This document shows, piece by piece, positions 1 through 7,032 of a stretch of 7,208 nucleotides of DNA (positions are counted from its first letter, which is position 1; each line of letters begins with the position of its first letter). The notes below the pieces were generated by a model. The model was not told where the DNA came from, did no database searches, and saw only the letters and a program-made list of their open reading frames with translations. The stretch lies in NCBI RefSeq assembly GCF_006345805.1, contig NW_021828947.1:1-7208 (forward strand), in the 5' to 3' direction. Source of the DNA: Octopus sinensis (lineage: Eukaryota). Both the position numbers and the translations under genes were made by a program.

Positions 1-187
1 ACTATAAATGATAATTTTTATCCAAAAAGATCAACCAATAAAATATTTGAGGCCGTGTCGAGATCCTCAACGAGAATATTATCCAGTTTTGAACAGGCCA
101 TGGATATAGCCACTTTGGGAAAGAATTGTATCGCCATCCTCCACTGAAACAGTCAATATTTTTCTGCATAGAAATGATTTTTCTTAT

Positions 188-898
188 TTATATTTTATAA
201 TTAAAAACCGATTTTTCAATTAAATTACAGTAGAAATTGGTTAATTGCATAAATTTATGTTTAAAATCATAATTTATATTCCTTTTTTTGCATTCCCACA
301 AATGCATTCTCACATTCATGGAGTCGTCCTCGTCCAGACATGCCCGCACTTTACTGACCAATCCTGACCCATACATTTGATTCATTTCCCACATTTGGTT
401 GTCCTTTAATACAATCAAATGATTACTTTCATAATCTGACGTTGTTGGGCTGTCATATTTCGTGCCTTTTTTTCTTTGAGTTTCTCTTCCTTCAGACGTG
501 TATTTTCCTCGTTCATATCGGAAAAGGGGTTGAGGTATTCCTCCATTCCTTCCCCTGTGGAGTACCAATCACGATCGAGGACTTTCTCCTTCTTTTCATA
601 TTCCGTCTTCCCTTCAAAAAATTTTTGACGGTTTTTGAATCCGGGTAGTTTATTGGTGTCACTGGACATGCTGGTTTCCCGCCTCCTCGTCCCATTCTCG
701 TCTCACAGGGGACTCTGATTGGCCATAATAGGCACCCTTAATTCCTATTCCTGGGGTCTGAAAGTAGTCTGGCTTGTCTGAGTACCTCTTCTGCTTCGCT
801 TCGGGATTAGGCTGGGGGTGAATGTGGGGGGTTATACAAAAAGAATGTTTATCTCCAAAGGGTCTCTCCTTTTCGTTAACTCCAAATTTGAGGAATAT
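188..898 (-). pseudogene. Frameshifted ORF chain of unknown identity, possibly a retroelement gag-like remnant
   Basis: Three overlapping minus-strand frames read in series: 898-661 (startless, ...PQPNPEAKQKRYSDKPDYFQTPGIGIKGAYYGQSESPVRREWDEEAGNQHVQ), 669-415 (SSDTNKLPGFKNRQKFFEGKTEY...) and 568-188 (...MHLWECKKRNINYDFKHKFMQL). Hand-counted GC is about 52% in 661-840 versus about 24% in 901-1020. LWECKKRNINYDFKHKFMQL loosely resembles the LxxLKQ..V..Y..KF..L capsid motif of Ty3/gypsy gag. No LTR, PBS or pol seen. Confidence 0.3.
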
Positions 899-973
899 TT
901 AGAAGACTTTTCCTACTACTAAAGATAAAATATTAAATTGCAGTAACGTTGCTAATTGTATATGCAGCCTGAA

Positions 974-1000
974 GTTTATTATTTTGATTAATTTTTTTAG
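974..1000 (+). other. Candidate 27-nt micro-intron
   Basis: gtttattattttgattaatttttttag; GT-AG, almost all A/T; removal joins an open frame from 903 to the frame containing ATG 1011. Confidence 0.55.
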
Positions 1001-1221
1001 TTTTGGAAAAATGAATGATTTTACTTCTATCGACCAAGCTCTGATTCTTTTTACTGAACTGTACTCAGAAGAAGTGCTGAGGTTCGTTTGACCGCTTCAG
1101 AATCAATGGCCAATGAAATTTTGAACCTTATATCAAAATACATGTTTTCTCAAAGAGCCTTATTCATTTTATTTCAATCGCTATCGGTTATTTGTTATCA
1201 TATACGTCCTCTCGATTTTAT

Positions 1222-1249
1222 GTTCAATTTCATTTAAGTTAAATTTAAG
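1222..1249 (+). other. Candidate 28-nt micro-intron
   Basis: gttcaatttcatttaagttaaatttaag; removes an in-frame TAA and gives D-F-I-E-W. Confidence 0.5.
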
Positions 1250-1373
1250 TGAATGGGGCTTGTTTTAAACAAAACAGTGAAAGCAGTGATGAACGATTTT
1301 TGAAGTACTAGAAAGTTCTTTGACAAATTTGAGCCCAGTTGTGTTCATTCATTTAAGTTATCTTCAACTTATG

Positions 1374-1399
1374 GTTAATTTTTAAAATATATTATATAG
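1374..1399 (+). other. Candidate 26-nt micro-intron
   Basis: gttaatttttaaaatatattatatag; GT-AG and otherwise pure A/T between coding-like segments. Confidence 0.55.
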
Positions 1400-1549
1400 T
1401 CACTTTCTACTTTCTAACTCATATCTTCTCTCTATCTAAGAATCTACAATTATTAGATGTGCTGTCGCAAATTCTGTCGCTTGTGTATGTAATTCAAGCA
1501 AAGAGAGTAAAATGAATTAGTTAAAAAAATAATTGTGACCTTCATGCTG

Positions 1550-1576
1550 GTAAATTATATTTTATTTTATATTTAG
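1550..1576 (+). other. Candidate 27-nt micro-intron
   Basis: gtaaattatattttattttatatttag; GTAAAT donor, TTTAG acceptor. Confidence 0.65.
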
Positions 1577-1959
1577 ACATTGCCTTATATGTACATGGAT
1601 TTTTTTATGTGTAAACAAATGTGTAAAAATTTTAAATACTATTAGATATCTGTTCTCTAGATATAAAACGCTGTTAAACGAGGTTTTAGATTATTTGATT
1701 TAAAAATTAGGTTATCGAAAATTGTATGAAGCAAATATACTTAGACAATAATTGGTCGGTTTATTGTGCTGCATTAGAAACTTTAAATGAATTTTAAAAG
1801 TTCCCTCCTACGAAATCATACAATTTTTTAAAGAAAGAACAAATTTAAAAATTAATAATATATCAGACTCCTTCTTCCCTTTACAGTCAGAAGCAATCGC
1901 TTTATTTGCAAATATTGTCAGATTTGATTTGAAATCCGTAGGTAAAGTTTTTTGTAGAG

Positions 1960-1982
1960 GTTGGTTTATTCATTTAATCTAG
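1960..1982 (+). other. Candidate 23-nt micro-intron
   Basis: gttggtttattcatttaatctag; removal joins frame 1791-1959 (..KVFCR) to the ORF 1961-2170 frame (DCYEVVDEM..) and removes a TAG. Confidence 0.6.
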
Positions 1983-2348
1983 ACTGTTATGAAGTAGTCG
2001 ACGAAATGCTGCAAAATTTTATGCTTGATGTGCCATCAATCCGTCCTTTTGTTGCCGATATTTCCTGCATTTATATAAAAGTTATAATAATTAATTTTAA
2101 AATAAATAATGAAAAAGGCTTGCTAGTATTTTTCATTTCAAGACTTAACCAGATTTGCTCGTTTATTTGATTTAATTATGAAATTATTGGCCGACAGCAC
2201 ATCTATTGTTACAAAATCAACGATTAAATCACTAAAAAACATAATAAGGGACATACTTACTTGTCCCAGTTATGACATCAATATATACGGATTAGATTTG
2301 TTAGAAAAATGTATTGAATATAAATCCCATGTGTATTGGCTTGTTAAG

Positions 2349-2377
2349 GTTTATATTAGTACTGGTACTATTGGCAG
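2349..2377 (+). other. Candidate 29-nt micro-intron
   Basis: AAG|gtttatattagtactggtactattggcag|GTA; bypasses the TAG ending ORF 2178-2381 and opens a frame running to 2497. Confidence 0.5.
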
Positions 2378-2473
2378 GTAGAATTGATGGAATTATTCTT
2401 ACAACTCGATTATAATGTACTTCTTTATATTGAACTTTCTAAATCAAATCGTATAGACACAGAAATATACAGA

Positions 2474-2500
2474 GTTCTAAAAAAGTCATATATATTATAG
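2474..2500 (+). other. Candidate 27-nt micro-intron
   Basis: gttctaaaaaagtcatatatattatag; in-frame removal deletes TAG 2498-2500 and continues into GGFLQDKIVKFFIAMIIDPD. Confidence 0.45.
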
Positions 2501-3143
2501 GGAGGATTTTTACAAGATAAAATTGTAAAATTCTTCATTGCAATGATTATTGACCCTGATTTTCGAATCCGTGAGTTTGCAAGTAGGAAATTCGTCATAT
2601 TGATTTAAATCCTGAACATTACAGTACTTAATTTAACAACAAGTTGTTCTTGTAATCGAGCTTTCGCACACTATTTCGATCAGGAAGAATTGTTGCAAGG
2701 AGATAAAAGATATTCCATAAAATTTTATTAGATTCTAAATTAGTCAATGCGACTGGATGTGTACGAGATGAGTTGAATATTGATTTAAAACTCGGATATT
2801 GCATTCGATTGTTGTATTATCTTTTTCTTGATAACATCTTGAAACATAATATACACGTTATTGTATTTAATATTAAATTTCACACTATAGCAAAGAGTTT
2901 TGCTTTTTTTGAAAAGATTTCGATTGAATATCCGATTATCTCCAATCCTTATGCATGGAGTCTATTTTTCTTAAACATTTCTAGATTAAAAACATATTCA
3001 GATTCCGCGAATTTTGGGTACAATTTGAAATATTATTAAATTAGTTTTGTAAATTACATATTTGAATATATTTGATTTTTACTCCATTGTTAAAGTTTAT
3101 ACTCAAATTTCATTTATTCGGTTTATTTTGAATCTTTTGATTG

Positions 3144-3173
3144 GTAATTTCAAATTATAAAATTTTATTTAAG
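3144..3173 (+). other. Candidate 30-nt micro-intron
   Basis: gtaatttcaaattataaaattttatttaag; GTAATT donor, TTAAG acceptor, precedes the FIEK..QNRLNP exon. Confidence 0.55.
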
Positions 3174-3263
3174 GATTAATTTATTGAAAAGATAAATTTA
3201 ATCAATGTGATTCACAATATTTGTCAGAATCGATTGAATCCTTTCTGCTACATATATATTAAG

Positions 3264-3566
3264 GTTTCTTTGTATATTGTATTAAAATTCCTTAGAATGA
3301 TGAAAATTGTTGTTGTGTTATAATAATAAAACATTTAAAAATTTTGAAAAATTCACAATCAGCTGCGTTTTCGAGTATTTCAGTGAAATTTTTTGGTCCA
3401 AAATCATTTATTCCGATTATTTAGATCAGTGATTCTCAAGTGTAGCCCCTAGGATTTAATTGAGGGGCTTATGTTTCTATAAATATTTTATTTTTTGTCA
3501 CGTTTTTTATTTGTTGTTGTGATGTCGAATTCTAAACGTTTTCGAAAAATTTCTTTTCTATACTAG
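3264..3566 (+). other. Candidate 303-nt intron containing a hAT left end
   Basis: AAG|gtttct donor and tttcttttctatactag|GAT acceptor; a phase-0 join gives ..QNRLNPFCYIYIK|DLFNNVRELF.., matching the remembered CAP-D3 C-terminal motif. A nearer acceptor at 3295 is an alternative. Confidence 0.45.
3419..3469 (+). mobile_element. Buster/Charlie-type hAT left terminus (TIR, target-site flank and subterminal hairpin)
   Basis: CAGTGATTCTCAA at 3427-3439 resembles the CAGTGGTTCTCAA terminus of Charlie/MER5-type elements. It is preceded by atTTAgat (3419-3426) with TA at positions 4-5, the Buster nnnTAnnn target signature, and followed by inverted repeat agcccct (3444-3450)/aggggct (3463-3469). No matching right TIR found in the window. 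Confidence 0.55.
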
Positions 3567-3920
3567 GATTTGTTTAACAATGTCAGAGAATTATTTATTT
3601 CAAAAATTGCAGAGATTATTGATTCTTTTGATTCTTTTGCAGATCCTGTCTCCTTAGCACAAGCAGTTTATTTAATCTGGAGCTTTATGAAAACTTCTAT
3701 CGCGTTTTCAGTAATAGAGCCAAATTTAAATATGAATGTTTTTTATAATTACGATCATGATTTCCGACTGTTCTAGGTTTTAAAAATTATAAATTTTAAC
3801 TTTTGATTTAGTATTTTTGATTTAAATAAACTGATTTTAGACAAATTGAAAGTTAAAAACTTGTAGTTAGCTGTTAAACTTAAATAAAACAGAAAAAGTA
3901 AATAAATAGCTAAACTCGAT

Positions 3921-4469
3921 TTGACAGAACAAAAGGGCGATGCATTCGACGTCTTCCGAAACTACTTTCTTTCGTTATTTGAAAAGATTGTGTCATCTTT
4001 GGGCATTTATATGCCAAAATGCTATAGTTATGTTTATTCTGTTTACTGTAACACTAAAATTGGTTTTGTAATGTTAATTTATCAATTGAAAAAATTAAAT
4101 AATTGTAAAAATAGAGTCTAGGAATTATATCTAATTGGTATACTTTAAAATTGGATAAAATATTAATTTTACGGCTATGTTCATAAAATGATTTTAATGA
4201 TAGGTTTGACTTTGAATTATAATATTCTAAGTACTATTTTTAAGCTCCTCCAAAGTGCAAGTACAACCAATAAAATGGTAAGCCGATATGAAAAGAATAT
4301 GTTTCAGGAGACATACAATATTTGTACATCCTGTATAAATGGATTATCAATTGGATTGAAATATTACGTTTATATAAATCAGATGTTTTCAAACATTGCG
4401 CCGCGTGAAGATTTATATTTATCTATTTTTAAAATTTTTATTTTAACAATTATTTATTATAAACAATAA
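3921..4469 (+). CDS. Unassigned coding-like segments (ORFs 3921-4121 and 4188-4469), possibly further exons of the HEAT gene or of a neighbouring gene
   Basis: Two ORFs with helical-looking content. A canonical in-frame 30-nt GT-AG segment at 4278-4307 (gtaagc...tttcag) fits the micro-intron size class. No family motif recognised. Confidence 0.3.
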
Positions 4470-4499
4470 TAATAAATTATAATCACGTTGCTATTTTTT

Positions 4500-5491
4500 A
4501 TGTTTCTTAAACGTCGTTTTTTCTATTAAAAATCATCTTTTTTATCCATGGGATTTGAATGTTGTGGCACTGGAAATAGTTCATCACAGTGTCTTATTTG
4601 AATGGATATGTTTTCAAATGAATCAATAGTTCTTTCTAAACTTTGAAGACATTTTTTATCTGCCCATCCGGAATATAAAGATTATTCAATTGATTAATTT
4701 AAAGAATTAAGCAAAAAGAATGTGTAGTGCGTGTTAATAAGTATATTAATCCATATATGTCTGGAAGACTTAATGAACTTGTATATTCTGTTTTATATAA
4801 TTAAATTCAGGTTTTTTACTAAAAGCACAAAATGATCAAATACTTTCTACATATTGTTTTTTACATCGTGATGTATTGGTTTTGAAAACTCGTCGGCTTG
4901 CTCTGAAATCAGTTATGGATGATTTGATACAAATGATTAATTATATAAAAACTCGATCTAAAAATCAGTTTCAGATGATTGGATAAAAATGATCAATTAT
5001 ATAAAACTCGATCTAAAAATTCTAGAATTCTTAATTCTTTATGTGATGAAATGGAAGCAAGTTATAAGAATTTATTTCTACATATTGAAATAGGATGGTT
5101 ATCAAGAGGAAGGGCATTAGCCAGAGTCTATGATAAAAAGATATGATTGCTGAGTTTTTCACGAGAGAACAATGCTATCAATTTCATGAATTGATCACCA
5201 ATTCGATTTGGAAATTAAAACTTGCATATTTAACAGGCATATTTTTGATATTGAATGACATGAAGCATGAAAGGAAATAATGAGACAAAAATAACAGCTA
5301 AAACAACGAGGATCATTCTACAATTTCCAACAACTTATTTCTCTGAGAGGGGGTTTTCCGCGTTACAAAACATTAAAACCAATAAGCGGGAAAATCTACT
5401 GGATTTAGATTTAGAAATGCAACTTACCTTGTCAAATATTCAGCCAGATATAGAACAATTATGTAAAAATAATAAGTTTGGAATTTTATAA
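4500..5491 (+). mobile_element. Decayed, internally deleted hAT (Buster/ZBED5/FAM200-like) transposase
   Basis: 4500-4727 one frame with stops: MFLKRR..SFLSMGF..QCLI*..SNES..SKL*RH..HPEY (BED finger region). About 4820-5250: YCFLHRD (CxxH), INYIKTRS..SRI..LCDEM..L.LH.E..WLSRG, KLAYL..IF. ORF 5267-5491: ILQFPTTYFSERGFSAL.NIKT.KR..L (hAT C-terminal dimerisation domain). Large blocks around the first two catalytic Asp residues and between MKGNNET and the dimerisation domain are missing. Confidence 0.9.
4910..5020 (+). repeat. Tandem duplication inside the hAT transposase (56 + 55 bp)
   Basis: 4910-4965 cagttatggatgatttgatacaaatgattaattatataaaaactcgatctaaaaat versus 4966-5020 cagtttcagatgattggataaaaatgatcaattatataaaactcgatctaaaaat; 6 mismatches and one 1-nt gap. 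Confidence 0.95.
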
Positions 5492-5582
5492 ATATATTTA
5501 GATTTTTGATTATGCACCTCGAGATTTTTTTATAGTATTTGCGCCGAGAGACATTTCTTTGTGAAAATCTCTTATATAAATA

Positions 5583-5652
5583 CTAGCTCAGCAGTTCGCT
5601 TCGCTCACTGCGAGCTAGCTCCTGCGGAGGCCCTGCTCGCTACGCTCGCAGT
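5583..5652 (-). other. Helitron 3' terminal region with two CTAG-ending hairpin units
   Basis: Minus strand: actgcgagcgtagcgagcagggcctccgcaggagCTAG then ctcgcagtgagcgaagcgaactgctgagCTAG|t. CTAG at 5615-5618 and 5583-5586; 9-bp inverted repeat 5607-5615/5644-5652; stem gcagt..actgc 5591-5611. Confidence 0.8.
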
Positions 5653-5711
5653 TTCCTTAAATAACTATAAATTTATGTAGATATATAAATGCGACCTGCT
5701 TTGATATAACC

Positions 5712-6545
5712 TTATTCTAAGGCCTGTGGATAAACGATGTTTGCAGTCCGTCCATCCTTGGCAAATATAATAAATTTCTCTTCTACCTACCCTTGAGCAC
5801 CCCACATACAGCTGGCCATGTGAAAAGCACTCGTTCTCTAAAAATAAGCCTACTACCTTTAAAGACTGTCCCTGGGCCTTGTTTATTGTCATAGCAAAAC
5901 TTATCTTCAGCGGAAATTGTAGTCTCTTAAATCTATCGCAGGCCCTTTCATGGTCCATAATAACGTCGACCGATTTATATATTCTTTCTCTGCCAGGGAT
6001 TTTCATTAATAAATCTAAATTTATATTAGTACCTCATCATTAAGTGGAGCTAATATAGCTCGTTCACGCAGCCAGTCGAAATTCACGTAGTGTTCAGATA
6101 GTTCGGAATAGACGGCATTCAATAATTCTTCTGCTGTTTCTACGAAAATACATAATTCTTCCGGTAGCCTAATTTTCTGGTCGTGCATTTCTAAGTGATT
6201 GCCCCATTTCCAATATCTAGAAGGATTTGTGGGAATATGCTATTAACGCCTTGTAAATGTGCATGTACTTTACATCTAAGCTAACCTTTTTCACGTGTGT
6301 CCACAATATGACGATTTGAGGCAGGCATTCAATTCATCCGCTGGCGTCCCTCTTTGAATAATTGGCAGCGTCTGTCTAAAATCACCTGCCAATACAACTA
6401 ATGCTCCCCCAAACAAATGGTCGCTACAATTCTTGATATCTCTATATGTTCGGTCAACTGCTTGAATGCGCCTTTATGAGCCATCGTACATTCATCCCAA
6501 ACAATTAACCTAGAATGCATAATTCTATTACCCGTAGTTGAGTCT
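5712..6545 (-). pseudogene. Helitron PIF1-family helicase fragment, frameshifted
   Basis: [93 protein letters not shown], and after frameshifts [13 protein letters not shown] (TAA at 5714-5712). Walker A and the Rep domain are absent. Confidence 0.95.
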
Positions 6546-6798
6546 AAAAGCAGTCCTGACCTTGTTCAGCTGTTGTCTAAGTTCCCTCACCATTTAAGCA
6601 CATCTTCCCTCGTTTCTCTTTTTTTTGTTATATGGTTCATATTCTCTTGTTTGTTAACATTCTCAGATCTCTCTTTATAGGACATTCTTATGATTTTGTA
6701 AACGCGAATCAGTAATTTATATTAAATTTTCTACGTAAATTTATTTAGTGAATTTATGTAAAGTGTTATTATCTAATCAAAGCCATTTACTTAATTAC

Positions 6799-7032
6799 TG
6801 CCTCTATGTTTAAAGGAATTGAAACTTTAGCATAATCGAACTTGTCTGTTTCGGTAAAGAAAATGATAATCAGCTTCATCTTTGTAGTATTATAAGGAAA
6901 AAAATTAAAGCCTGTTAAATCAAGGAGATTTAAATATAGGCAAATTGAAATTTACATGACTAATTTAAATTTTATTTGCCTCTATCTTTTAAGAAATCTA
7001 AACAGTAGCATAATCGAATTTGTCAGTTTCGG
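6799..7032. repeat. Dispersed 56-bp direct repeat, two copies 178 bp apart
   Basis: 6799-6854 versus 6977-7032, ungapped, 47/56 identical; the intervening sequence is not obviously repeated. Confidence 0.9.

Larger units (their letters stand above)
903..3776 (+). pseudogene. NCAPD3: HEAT-repeat (HAWK family) gene resembling condensin II subunit CAP-D3; spliced, with frameshifts and stops as assembled
   Basis: Manual translation gives HEAT-like segments collinear with remembered human NCAPD3 motifs: 1076 AEVRLTASESM (cf. AEYRTFAAQSL); DF|IEW across intron 1222-1249 (cf. MFIAW); about 1440 ESTIIRCAVANSVACVC (cf. KAPTVRSKALSSFAHC); 1711 ...LDNNWSVYCAALETLNEF (cf. RDPAVSVRKQALQSLTELL); about 1866 DSFFPLQSEAIALF (cf. 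DCESTVQEKALEFL); 2528 KFFIAMIIDPDFRIREFA (Cnd1-like); 2747 MRLDVYEM (cf. RMKIYKF); 3180 FIEK...QNRLNP spliced to 3567 DLFNNVRELF..EIIDSF..AD..LA (cf. FIQN..KNKIP..ELMHYLREVM..ELKDFFAVDKQLA). Comparison is from memory, no search was run. The provided ORFs 1961-2170, 2178-2381, 2773-3039 and 3570-3776 are pieces of this gene. Both ends are uncertain. Confidence 0.55.
5583..6685 (-). mobile_element. Non-autonomous, internally deleted Helitron (5' end not located)
   Basis: PIF1 helicase remnant, short 3' UTR, GC-rich palindromic tail ending CTAG followed by T on the minus strand. A basic N-terminal segment starting at ATG 6685 (MSYKERSEN..KKRETRED; TAEQGQD) resembles the repeats that begin animal RepHel ORFs (this part is moderate confidence). 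Confidence 0.85.

Noticed and set aside
442-695. ORFs 442-648 (+) and 513-695 (-)
   Set aside because: Antisense or alternate-frame shadows of the purine-rich minus-strand chain; no independent support.
795-803. ttcgcttcg shared with the Helitron tail at 5595-5603
   Set aside because: Only 9 bp, inside a coding-like frame, with no CTAG end or hairpin context.
830-900. Possible LTR end or primer-binding site upstream of the gag-like chain
   Set aside because: Minus-strand TGGAGTTAAC does not match a tRNA 3' end I recognise and no repeated LTR is visible.
1074-1100. 27-nt GT-AG segment fitting the micro-intron size
   Set aside because: GC-rich, removal runs into a stop within 8 codons, and it encodes the HEAT-like AEVRLTAS motif.
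1711-1744. 34-nt GT-AG candidate intron
   Set aside because: Reads as part of the open HEAT-like segment VIENCMKQIYLDNNWSV; splicing it gives an immediate stop.
2161-2197. 37-nt GT-AG segment that would join ORFs 1961-2170 and 2178-2381 in frame
   Set aside because: Left unresolved: longer than the others, GC-rich acceptor, and it would delete the HEAT-like LLAD motif; a frameshift explains the join equally well.
1011-5491. Alternative genetic code or Euplotes-style programmed frameshifting to explain the stops
   Set aside because: TAA ends both transposon ORFs at the expected positions, all three stop types interrupt frames, and shifts such as 1792-1797 need -1/+2 without a consistent slippery motif.
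5665-5760. C-terminus of the provided ORF 5665-6006 (EIYYICQGW...YINL)
   Set aside because: Out-of-frame read-through after frameshifts; the true helicase end is IVYPQALE* at 5712.
6733-6759. Imperfect hairpin acgtaaatt/aatttatgt
   Set aside because: Expected by chance in very AT-rich sequence.
6845-6876. Hammerhead-like CTGATTA...CGAAAC or tRNA B-box GTTCGA on the minus strand
   Set aside because: The core deviates from CUGANGA, stems do not pair, and the second repeat copy lacks the motifs.
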